64,000 bases of DNA from the NCBI GenBank assembly GCA_965207735.1, contig OZ242296.1:1664001-1728000 (forward strand). The letters run 5' to 3'. The notes beneath the pieces were generated by a model. The model made no database searches and was not told where the DNA came from. It worked only from the letters and a program-made list of their open reading frames with translations. This DNA is from Candidatus Versatilivorator sp. Its GTDB lineage: Bacteria > Acidobacteriota > Terriglobia > Versatilivoradales > Versatilivoraceae. The translations under genes were made by a program, and so were the position numbers. Positions 36,757 to 44,689 of this stretch are shown here, piece after piece (position 1 is the stretch's first letter; each line of letters opens with the position of its first letter).

Positions 36757-36871
36757 GGTGATCTTCAAGACGCCCTGTTCCCGGTGAAAATCAGCCATGC
36801 TTGCCGGCTGATGGGGCCTTCCGGTAACAGATCTACGAGATAGGGCGCGTTTTGAGGTTAGTGGTTACTGA

Positions 36872-37012
36872 TCACCGACGCTGGCGAGCTTTATTGTTGG
36901 CTTCGATTCGCTTGAAAAGGAAGGCGGCGAGCTATTGGGCCTCAGCCACTTGCTCAGGGGGCATCCTCGCCCTCACATAGTCCTTGGCTTTAGCGAAAGT
37001 CTTGTCTCCGGC
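36872..37012 (-). pseudogene. C-terminal remnant of a Sel1-repeat protein with an in-frame stop
   Basis: Reads AGDKTFAKAKDYVRARMPPEQVAEAQ*LAAFLFKRIE (TAG at 36932-36934). MxPEQxAEAQxLA is the usual Sel1 protein capping helix. Confidence 0.6.
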
Positions 37013-37066
37013 TATGTCTCTGAACAATCCTCGGTTGTCAGGCCGAACGATCCCATGCTTTCGATG

Positions 37067-37132
37067 CGGTTAATCATTGTGCGGGGATTTAAACACACTT
37101 GACATCGGCAAACGGATTGTGAGGGACGGCGC
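37067..37132. repeat. Direct repeat, right copy
   Basis: Matches 34625-34694 with a 4-bp indel and a few substitutions. Confidence 0.9.
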
Positions 37133-37146
37133 TTGCAGGAACGGAT

Positions 37147-37476
37147 TCACCGAACATCACTCGCGAGTCGCGCGCTCACCAGACGGTTGAGGCTCACGCC
37201 CTCTTCCACGGCCCGTGTGGCAAGGGCCCGGTGGGTTTCCGGCGGCACGCGCACCATGAACTTCCCGCTGTAGGCGCGGTCAGCGATTGGCTCAGGAGGT
37301 GCTTCCCCATTTTTTTTCATGTCAGCGAGACAGTCGCGCACAAGCCGCTGTATGCCGGCCAAAGCCATGTTGGGAGTAGATGCCAGCCAGCTTAGAGATG
37401 GGAACTCAGCGCATAGCCCCACATGCTGGTTGTCTTCGGCGGACCAAGTGATACGGTAGGTGTAATGGTCACTCAT
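37147..37476 (-). CDS. hicB: HicB antitoxin with C-terminal RHH domain
   Basis: YTYRITWSAED..HVGLCAEFPSLSWLA...YSGKFMVRVPPETHRALA..A.EEGVSLNRLV. Confidence 0.9.
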   Translation of the reverse strand: MSDHYTYRITWSAEDNQHVGLCAEFPSLSWLASTPNMALAGIQRLVRDCLADMKKNGEAPPEPIADRAYSGKFMVRVPPETHRALATRAVEEGVSLNRLVSARLASDVR

Positions 37477-37721
37477 TTCCTGTCCTCCAATTTCTCAATT
37501 GCCTTAATGACCTGGCGGACTTGATAGGGTTTAGCCATGCCCTTGGCGTTTTGGATGTTGACTCTGGGGTCGGCTGGCCACGGGGTCCGGTAGATCCTAT
37601 GGCTGGCGCCCTTTTGGCGCGGCTCCCCGAAGTATGCCTCACACACTTTGGCCAGATCCGTGAACCGAACACCTTTCGGGTTGTTGCGGAGCGCCTTGAG
37701 GATTGCCGCCGTGCTTGCCAT
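37473..37721 (-). CDS. hicA: HicA-family toxin
   Basis: NPKGVRFTDLAKVC..YFGEPRQKGASHRIYRTPW..DPRVNIQ..KGMAKPYQVRQV; ATGA overlap with hicB. Confidence 0.88.
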   Translation of the reverse strand: MASTAAILKALRNNPKGVRFTDLAKVCEAYFGEPRQKGASHRIYRTPWPADPRVNIQNAKGMAKPYQVRQVIKAIEKLEDRK

Positions 37722-37728
37722 GGGAATA

Positions 37729-37757
37729 ACATTATCAATATTGATACCAACTATCAA
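37729..37757 (-). promoter_or_regulatory. hicAB promoter with three TTGATA/TATCAA operator half-sites; probably leaderless
   Basis: TTGATA-17 nt-TAATGT, then 7 nt to the ATG at 37721. Perfect palindrome TATCAATATTGATA at 37733-37746. Confidence 0.6.
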
Positions 37758-38166
37758 GACTCCGAATCAAAGATGATTGCGACCGGTACCGTTTTTCTGC
37801 CGTCGAGTCTTCGATGACGACAGCGGCAAGAGGACTGGCAGTATTTTTGGAAAATCCGACCCCTTCCACCGGTCGAATCCACTTGACCCGTATTTCTCAC
37901 CAGGACGCTGAGCATAAGGACAAGAGTGCTTGTCTTTAACATCTTGCGGCGCTTTGTTTGGAGTCTTCAGGGTACAGACGGGGAAAGTAGGGGACGAGGC
38001 GGGGGAAAGCCCCCCACCGGCTCGACCGCGGGCTTCGCCCCTATCTTGCCGATTCCGCCTCAAGTGGGGAGTGATGGGAGCGTTGACGGCGACCATGCCA
38101 ATCTGACTCTTTGACTGGCTGGCGCCGTTTTGGAGAGGCGGTGTATTTCGGTAGGACGCTAAGTAA

Positions 38167-38233
38167 CCGCCGCTTACGCGGCTGCAAGCGGTAGAATTGC
38201 AGATGCCCCCGGGCTCACGCCGCGGGGGCATCT
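38167..38233. repeat. Degenerate REP-like hairpins
   Basis: CCGCCGCTTACGCGGCT is the reverse complement of the AGCCGCG..GCGGCGG motif seen in the other clusters; followed by AGATGCCCC..GGGGCATCT. Confidence 0.5.
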
Positions 38234-38259
38234 TGGGGATACGAGGAACAGAGAGGGAT

Positions 38260-38739
38260 CTATTTCTTCTCTTCCTCCCTGCTGTCCTTCCAGTCGCGCA
38301 TCAGAGCCCGGCAGGCCTCCTTGACGGCGTTTCCCAGCGACCGGGTCGAACCGCTCTTGATGGCATCGCCGTCCTCGCGAAAAACCACGTACTTGTTGTC
38401 TTTTCGCAAGAGATCCTTGCCGCCCTCGTGCTCCAGTATCACCACGTAGTCGGCGCGCTCCTCTTTCATGGTGACGATGCAATCGCCGCAGCGTTTGTGG
38501 AAGGTCTTGATGATTTCGGCGGTCTGAGGACGAGCGCCACCGCCGAACTTTCCTCCGAAGGCGCCGATCCCGTCACCGACGCTGGCGCCGCCCCCCCCGC
38601 CTTCCATCTCCCAGGACTGGCTCTCCTTGATAAAGACGCGGGGCTTGGCCTTCTTCCCCTTGCTCCACACCGGAACGGAGGCAACCAGCGCCAGCGAAGC
38701 GACAACCAGGATACTGCAAGCGATTCGGTACGTTCTCAT
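38260..38739 (-). CDS. Secreted hypothetical protein (Acidobacteria-type)
   Basis: Signal peptide; PRVFIKESQSWEM, GGARPQTAEIIKTF, ADYVVILEHEGGK, SGSTRSLGNAVKEAC. Confidence 0.75.
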   Translation of the reverse strand: MRTYRIACSILVVASLALVASVPVWSKGKKAKPRVFIKESQSWEMEGGGGGASVGDGIGAFGGKFGGGARPQTAEIIKTFHKRCGDCIVTMKEERADYVVILEHEGGKDLLRKDNKYVVFREDGDAIKSGSTRSLGNAVKEACRALMRDWKDSREEEKK

Positions 38740-38815
38740 GGGTTCCTCCTAATTCGCTTTGGCCCCCGATCGGGACCGGGCTTTCACGCCCCCATTTACG
38801 GAACAGTCAAGACCT

Positions 38816-40153
38816 CTAAACCAGGCTCTCGATCGGGACTCCGGTGGCATCTCCGATGGAATTGGCGATCTTGATGGGGCGCCCCACCGGTGTCATGTAG
38901 GTCTTCTCCCAATCGATGCCAAAGGCCTTGTAGAGCGTTGCATAAAGGTCGCCCACCGTGACCATTCCTTCGGCCACCTGGGCCCCTCGCTCGTCGCTGG
39001 CCCCGATGATCTGGCCGCCGCGTATGCCGCCGCCCCCCAGGGCCAGCGACCAGCAATGGGGCCAGTGGTCCCGGCCGTTGTTGGGATTGATGTGGGGCGT
39101 GCGTCCGAACTCGCCCATGACCAGCACCAGGGTGGAGGCCAGCAAACCCCTCTGCTCCAGGTCCTCCATCAAGGCCGCCAGCGCCTGGTCCAGGGGAGGA
39201 CAGAGCTTGTCGCGATGGCCCTGATTGTTATCGGAGTGCGAATCCCATTGGTTGTACTTGTAGCCGGCCGCCGTCACGAACCGGCATCCATGCTCGACCA
39301 GCCGCCGGGCCAGCAGCACACTCTGTCCGAAGCCGTGGCGGCCGTAGGCCTCCCGGGTCTTTTCGCTCTCCCGGGAGAGGTCGAAGGCCTTCTTGACTTC
39401 GGGAGAAAGGATCAGGCTGAGGGCCTGTTGGGTGAAGCTGTCCATCCTGGAGTATTCGGCCACCTCCTCCTTCTGACGGCAGAGGCGGTCCACGATCCGG
39501 AGCAGCGAGCGCCGGTCCTGAATGCGCTCCACCGAGATCCCCTTGGGCAGAGAGAGATCCGGAACCGCGAAGTCCTTGCGGTCGGGATCCGGAACCACCA
39601 TGGGAGCATATTTCGGACCGATGAAGGCCGACCCGAAATAGCGCTCGTAACCCTTCCAGTCGTCGTGCTCGCCATGGCGGACATAGGCGGGCATTCCGTT
39701 GCGCTGGCCCAGCTCCTTGGCCATGATCGATCCCAGGCTGGGGAACTGCATGGCGGGGTTGGGCCGATGTCCGGTGATGGCGTAGTGGGTGGCCTCGGGG
39801 TGGTCGATCTCCTCGGTGTGCATGGACCGAATGATGGACAGCTTGTCCATGTGCCGGGACACGCGGGGCAGCAGCTCCGACACCTGTATGCCGGCCACGT
39901 TGGTGGGAATGGCCTTGAACCCGCTGTTGGGCTTGGGATCCCAGGTATCGACCTGGCTCGGTCCGCCCTCCAGCCAAAGGAGAATGCAGGACTCGGCCTT
40001 TGCCTTCCCCGGCGGCCCCGCCTTGGCCATCAATTCCTTCAGAGCCAGGTACCGGCTCAGGTTGAAGCCAAGCAGGCTCAGCGAACCCACCCGCAGGAAA
40101 TCGCGCCGCCGAAGATTTTCCCCGGTGCACTGCAAGCAGCCTGACCACTTCAT
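38816..40153 (-). CDS. DUF1501 domain protein (Tat-exported)
   Basis: RRRDFLRVG; ILLWLEGGPSQVDTWDPKP, LLARRLVEHG, WDSH, GEFGRTP, GRDHW. Confidence 0.92.
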   Translation of the reverse strand: MKWSGCLQCTGENLRRRDFLRVGSLSLLGFNLSRYLALKELMAKAGPPGKAKAESCILLWLEGGPSQVDTWDPKPNSGFKAIPTNVAGIQVSELLPRVSRHMDKLSIIRSMHTEEIDHPEATHYAITGHRPNPAMQFPSLGSIMAKELGQRNGMPAYVRHGEHDDWKGYERYFGSAFIGPKYAPMVVPDPDRKDFAVPDLSLPKGISVERIQDRRSLLRIVDRLCRQKEEVAEYSRMDSFTQQALSLILSPEVKKAFDLSRESEKTREAYGRHGFGQSVLLARRLVEHGCRFVTAAGYKYNQWDSHSDNNQGHRDKLCPPLDQALAALMEDLEQRGLLASTLVLVMGEFGRTPHINPNNGRDHWPHCWSLALGGGGIRGGQIIGASDERGAQVAEGMVTVGDLYATLYKAFGIDWEKTYMTPVGRPIKIANSIGDATGVPIESLV

Positions 40154-40206
40154 GACATCGCTCCCGGCATGAACATCGGATTCCCTGTCAAGTATAAACC
40201 CGAATC

Positions 40207-42510
40207 TCAGTGAACGTAGGCGAATTCGCGAGAGCCGATCAGGGCCCAGACCAGGTCCTCCACCGCCTTTAGCCGCGAATCCTGGCTCTCGATCCAGCCT
40301 TCCAGCTCCCCGAGCTCTTCCGGGCTTGGAAACCGGGAAAGCGCCGCCAGATAGAACTCCTCGATGATTTCTGCATCGGAAGCCCCGGCGGCAAGCAAGC
40401 GACCGATCCGGCTTCCCTTCCCCGACAGCTTTTCGGTGTAGGTGGGGCCGGCCAAGAGATGGAGGGCCTGACCAAGGCTGGCTTCAACCTCCCGCTGGGG
40501 CACCATCTGCCGGTTGGGTCGGCCGTAGAGATCCAGAAAGCGAGAGGGGTACATGTCGCTGGAGACCAGGTTGATTGCCCGCGTCCCTTCAGGCTTGGTT
40601 CCAAATCGCTCCGGCACGCCGGTCACCTGGGAAATGGCGTCCAGCAGCACTTCGGCGTCCATAGGCCGGGGATGCGCCCGAGCGTAGTTGGTTCGATCCG
40701 TCCGGTTGCTGGCGTTGGGGAAACTGGACAGCTGATAGACCCCGGACCGAACGATTCTGCGCATCAATTGCCTCAGGTCGTAGCCGCCGTCCCTGAAGTC
40801 CTCGGCCAGCGCCGCCAGCAGGTCGGGATGGGTGGCGGGATTGGCCAGCTTGAAATCGTCCACCGGATCCACTATTCCTCGTCCGAAGAAATGGCCCCAG
40901 ATGCGGTTGACGATGGCCTCGGCAAACTCGGGCCGGTCGGGGGAGGTCATCCAATCCGCCAGGCTGGCCCGTGGATCCTCAAGCCCATTTCGTCCGGCGG
41001 TCTCTCCGCTGAGGAACGCCGGGCGAACCTTCGTCTTGTTGCGCGGGTGGATCAAGGGTCCGCCCTTTCCCAGCACACCGTGCCCTTCGGGGTCATCCAG
41101 TATGATGTTATAGGGCGCGGTGGCCGTATTGATGTCCCCCACCCGGGTCAACTGACCGTAGAAGGCGGTCATGCCCCAGAACTGGTTCTGACTCCAGGGC
41201 TCGTAGGGGTGGTTGTGGCACTGGGCGCAGTCCAACCGCCGGCCCAGAAAGACCCGCACCTGTTCTCCCATCATGTCCTGGGGAGAGGGCAGATCTCCTC
41301 CGATGAGATAGTAGTGCAGGGCCGGACCGCCGTAGCCCTGAGCCGCGATACGCTCGCGGGCCATCTGGTCGTAGGGCTTGTTGCGGGCAATCCCGTCCCG
41401 AATCCATTCCCAGTAGAGGCGGCTGTACTTGGTAAAGCCCTGCACCGACTTGCCGACCCGAAAGAGATCGGCAAACCTGAAGGTCCAATGGTCCAGAAAC
41501 TCGGGAGAATTCAGCAAGGTTTCGATCAGCCGGTCCCGCTTGTCGGGACGATCGCCGGCCAGGAATTCCCTCACTCTCTGCGGCGGGGGAAGAGTGCCGG
41601 TCAGATCCAGGCAAACTCGCCTCAGGAACTGCTGGTCGTCCGACGGCTCCGACGGCAGGATGTGCAACCGCCTCAGCTTGGCGAACGCCAGCCGATCGAT
41701 GAAGTTCCTTTGGAAAACCCGGGGATAGTCGGTCAGTGGCTGTCGAATCACCCCGATGACCACGGTTGCGGCCCGCCCCGCCGCCCGGATGACGACGGCA
41801 GTCTCGCCGTGCTGCCTGGCACGGACCAAGCCGCCCTCGCTGACCTCGGCCACCTCGGGGTCGCTGGACTCGAAGTTCACCTGATCGGTCACGTCTTCCC
41901 GAATCCCTCCGGCAAGAGTGGCCGTCACCAGAAGCTGCTGTTCCCCGCCCACCCCCATCACCGGTTGGCGGGGCGACACCTCCAGCTGTTGAATTTCCCT
42001 GCCTCGATGGTCTTCCTCCCTGCCGTAAGGGGCCCCCGCGCGGACCCATTCCACCAACGTGCGGTAGTCCGCCGAGTCGCGGCTCAGCCGCTCGCCTCCG
42101 CCGTGGGGCTCTTCCATGGTGGGCTTGGTCAGCAGCAGGCTGTTTTCCGGTTGCTTCAGGTCGATCCTGGACTGACGGGGCCCCAGCGGCTCCGGACTCA
42201 GCACCTGGTAGATGCCTCCCTGGACGATCCACTCGTGGTCGTCCCGGGGATAGAGCGCGTTGGCCGAAAGCTTGAACCCTCCGCGGCCCTTGACACTCCC
42301 GTGACATTCCTGGTTGTTGCATCCCCGCTTGGTAAGGATCCCGCCCACGTCGCGTGCGAAGCTGAAGGGCCGCGCACTACCGCCGGACTGGTCACCGCCG
42401 GCCTGCAGGGAACCAGCCTCGGCCCCCGCCAGGAGGATTCCTAGCGCCAAGGCGCAGAACCGATCCAGGCGAACCCGCTGCGCTTTTTCGGGAGCAACTC
42501 TTCTGAACAT
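40207..42510 (-). CDS. DUF1549/DUF1553 (PSCyt2/PSD1) protein with Ig-like domain and heme-type CxxCH motif
   Basis: GCNNQECHG, FLRRVCLDLTGTLP, FLGRRLDCAQCHNHP, VNRIWGHFFGRGIVDPVDD; TGATG overlap with the upstream gene. Confidence 0.9.
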   Translation of the reverse strand: MFRRVAPEKAQRVRLDRFCALALGILLAGAEAGSLQAGGDQSGGSARPFSFARDVGGILTKRGCNNQECHGSVKGRGGFKLSANALYPRDDHEWIVQGGIYQVLSPEPLGPRQSRIDLKQPENSLLLTKPTMEEPHGGGERLSRDSADYRTLVEWVRAGAPYGREEDHRGREIQQLEVSPRQPVMGVGGEQQLLVTATLAGGIREDVTDQVNFESSDPEVAEVSEGGLVRARQHGETAVVIRAAGRAATVVIGVIRQPLTDYPRVFQRNFIDRLAFAKLRRLHILPSEPSDDQQFLRRVCLDLTGTLPPPQRVREFLAGDRPDKRDRLIETLLNSPEFLDHWTFRFADLFRVGKSVQGFTKYSRLYWEWIRDGIARNKPYDQMARERIAAQGYGGPALHYYLIGGDLPSPQDMMGEQVRVFLGRRLDCAQCHNHPYEPWSQNQFWGMTAFYGQLTRVGDINTATAPYNIILDDPEGHGVLGKGGPLIHPRNKTKVRPAFLSGETAGRNGLEDPRASLADWMTSPDRPEFAEAIVNRIWGHFFGRGIVDPVDDFKLANPATHPDLLAALAEDFRDGGYDLRQLMRRIVRSGVYQLSSFPNASNRTDRTNYARAHPRPMDAEVLLDAISQVTGVPERFGTKPEGTRAINLVSSDMYPSRFLDLYGRPNRQMVPQREVEASLGQALHLLAGPTYTEKLSGKGSRIGRLLAAGASDAEIIEEFYLAALSRFPSPEELGELEGWIESQDSRLKAVEDLVWALIGSREFAYVH

Positions 42511-44393
42511 CAACTCTCCTCAGCCCCCCCGGTGGGACGAACCACCATGGTGGGGATTTCCTGGATCAACAAGCCCGGTCCGGGACCCTCGTCCGAAATC
42601 GGACGGGCCAGCAGCCGCAGCTTCACAGGAAACGACGTAGCGGGAGCGTCGGCGCCGGCCAGCAGAACGATGGTAACGCTTTCGCTCTGGGGGGAGAAGC
42701 GCACCCTCATCCGATCCTCCGGTACCGGGCCCTGGTAGGCCTTCACCTCGGTGCCCGGGAAGAACTCCACGCCCTCGGGAAGCCCCTCCAGCACAAGGGC
42801 GATGTCGCCCGAAAACCCCTCCTCCTGGTCGGTGGTCACCGTTATTTTGCTCGCCCGACCGGCCAGCAGGTTCAAGCGATCCGTGTCGGTCCGAACCTCC
42901 CCCACGTGAGGGATCTGCGGCCGCAGCAGCAGGCGATAGCGAAATCCGGCATTTCCGAAGCGGCGGGTCAGGTCGCTGACCACCAGCGAGTATTCCCCCG
43001 AACGCTCGAAGGTGTAAAGGGTCTTGGGCTCAACCGTCTTCAGGTAAAAGGTAAGTTGCCTGCCCAAGCGCTTGTAGACGTTGCTGAACAGTTCTCTTCC
43101 CTCTTCATCCAGAATGCCGAAACGGGGGTTGAACTGCGGAGGACCGACCTGCGGGGTCTCCACTTCGAAAGCCACCTGCTGGCCGCGTTCGGCTTTGACC
43201 GAATAGCGATCCACGTCACCGGGACGATCGATGGTTCCCTCGACCAGTCCTGGAATGGACACAACGAGAAGGTTCCCCTCTTTTTTCCCGTTCTCCTGTT
43301 CTTTCACCAGCGCAATCGAGGCCTGGCTGCCTCGATCATTGGCGCCGGGCTGCACGATTTCCCTGTGGCTGGAAGCGGCGCCGTTGGTCAATGAGCCGTC
43401 GGCGCCGGTCCCGTTCGAGCCCGCCGCCCTCGACCGGAGGAGGCCGAGCCGGTCGCCGTCAATGGTGCGGCGAAAGGCGCGCTCGTTCCAGGGGGAGGGC
43501 ACCCGGTTGCGACTGCTTCGATCCAGTTGGGCGAAAGTGGGAGCGCTGGAGTCGCTAATCCTCAGTTGATAGGAAAAGTGTGGGCTGCCGCCACCCAGAA
43601 ACGCCCCCACACCAACCAGGTAGCTCCCCTTCTTCAGGAACCGATATGTCAACCGGGGAAGCCGGCTTACGTGATAGGAGCTGGGGTCGTCGTTGTAGGC
43701 CAGCCGGGTGGTGCGTTCCTTGTCGAACCAACTGCCGGTTGGCTCGTAGAGGGTCAACTCCGGATCCAGGCCTACAACGTCGGGAGGCTTGCCCGGCGGC
43801 TTGCAGAAAACCTCGAAGCGCAGTTCCCGGCCTTCCGTTATCTCAAAGGCGTAGAAGTCTTCCTCGCCGTCCCGGACCACCCGGCCGTTGATCAACGCCG
43901 GAACGGGGACCTGCTGGGCCGTCGAGGGGGTCTGGTGAGGCTGGCTGGTCTCGTCCAGGACGACATCGGAATTCACCCGAAACTTCAGGGCATTGGAAAC
44001 TCCGCGTTGGGTAACCAGCCGGAAACGATGGACCCCGGCAAGGGCGGTGGGAGGGATCTCAAGCGTGACCCGAACCCCCAGGAGGACCGGTTTCTCGCTA
44101 TCTGCAGCCTCGGCAGGGCCGGACTCCTCCGAGGAAATCGGCCTAAGGTCCCGGACCCGACCCTGAAGCTGACCCTGCTCGAACCAGACCGCGCGGGCGC
44201 CCTCCAGCAGATGCCCCTGGATTTCCACTTCCAGTGTCGAGCCTGCCCGGGCTCCCAAGGGATGGACGGAGAGAATCGTGGGTTCGGTGGGGGGCGCCGG
44301 TTCCTGGGCCTGCAGCGGACCGGCCGAAAACGTAGCTGCCAGCAGCACCGCCGCCGATCCGGCGATCCTGCTCCTTGGCGAAAACACGTTCAT
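42510..44393 (-). CDS. Secreted protein with PPC (pre-peptidase C-terminal)-like repeats, typical partner of DUF1549/DUF1501 genes
   Basis: ILSVHPLGARAGSTLEVEIQG, RLVTQRGVSN, INGRV...EDFYAF, VEGTIDRPGDVDRY, YRLLLRPQIP. Confidence 0.8.
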   Translation of the reverse strand: MNVFSPRSRIAGSAAVLLAATFSAGPLQAQEPAPPTEPTILSVHPLGARAGSTLEVEIQGHLLEGARAVWFEQGQLQGRVRDLRPISSEESGPAEAADSEKPVLLGVRVTLEIPPTALAGVHRFRLVTQRGVSNALKFRVNSDVVLDETSQPHQTPSTAQQVPVPALINGRVVRDGEEDFYAFEITEGRELRFEVFCKPPGKPPDVVGLDPELTLYEPTGSWFDKERTTRLAYNDDPSSYHVSRLPRLTYRFLKKGSYLVGVGAFLGGGSPHFSYQLRISDSSAPTFAQLDRSSRNRVPSPWNERAFRRTIDGDRLGLLRSRAAGSNGTGADGSLTNGAASSHREIVQPGANDRGSQASIALVKEQENGKKEGNLLVVSIPGLVEGTIDRPGDVDRYSVKAERGQQVAFEVETPQVGPPQFNPRFGILDEEGRELFSNVYKRLGRQLTFYLKTVEPKTLYTFERSGEYSLVVSDLTRRFGNAGFRYRLLLRPQIPHVGEVRTDTDRLNLLAGRASKITVTTDQEEGFSGDIALVLEGLPEGVEFFPGTEVKAYQGPVPEDRMRVRFSPQSESVTIVLLAGADAPATSFPVKLRLLARPISDEGPGPGLLIQEIPTMVVRPTGGAEES

Positions 44394-44454
44394 TGCATTC
44401 GCGGCCGCGCGGGCCCGGGCCGACCTGAATCCAGTAAAGTCCAATCCCAGCAAA

Positions 44455-44484
44455 ACCATACCGCTCGGGCCTCGCCATTGTCAA
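44455..44484 (-). promoter_or_regulatory. Putative sigma70 promoter of the PPC-DUF1549-DUF1501 operon
   Basis: TTGACA-18 nt-TATGGT on the minus strand, about 60 nt upstream of ATG 44393. Confidence 0.55.
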
Positions 44485-44650
44485 TTTTCGGCTGGTCCGG
44501 GTTGGCCAGCTTGAGAATGAGGCCAATCTCCGTGCTTTTCCAGTTAGGTGGTTCGCTATCTGACAGGATCTCGGAATCTCTCCACACGAGTGCTTTCCGT
44601 TATGGCTCATTCCGAGCTTGGACAACACACTTAACCCCGGCTCCAATCTC

Positions 44651-44679
44651 TTGACTAAAGACGTCCAGACGTCCATGGT
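44651..44679 (+). promoter_or_regulatory. Putative methyltransferase promoter with two GACGTC sites in the spacer
   Basis: TTGACT-aaaGACGTCcaGACGTC (17 nt)-CATGGT, 10 nt before ATG 44690. Confidence 0.55.
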
Positions 44680-44689
44680 GCTGGTTGAG

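Noticed and set aside
37987-38044. Group II intron 3' end or structured ncRNA
   Set aside because: No domain V consensus. GTAGGGG..CG...CGCCCCTAT fits a degenerate REP pair better.
44390-44640. Remnant of the cognate restriction endonuclease next to the methyltransferase
   Set aside because: The short ORFs here show no nuclease motif I can recognise, and part of the region is better explained as the promoter of the PPC operon.
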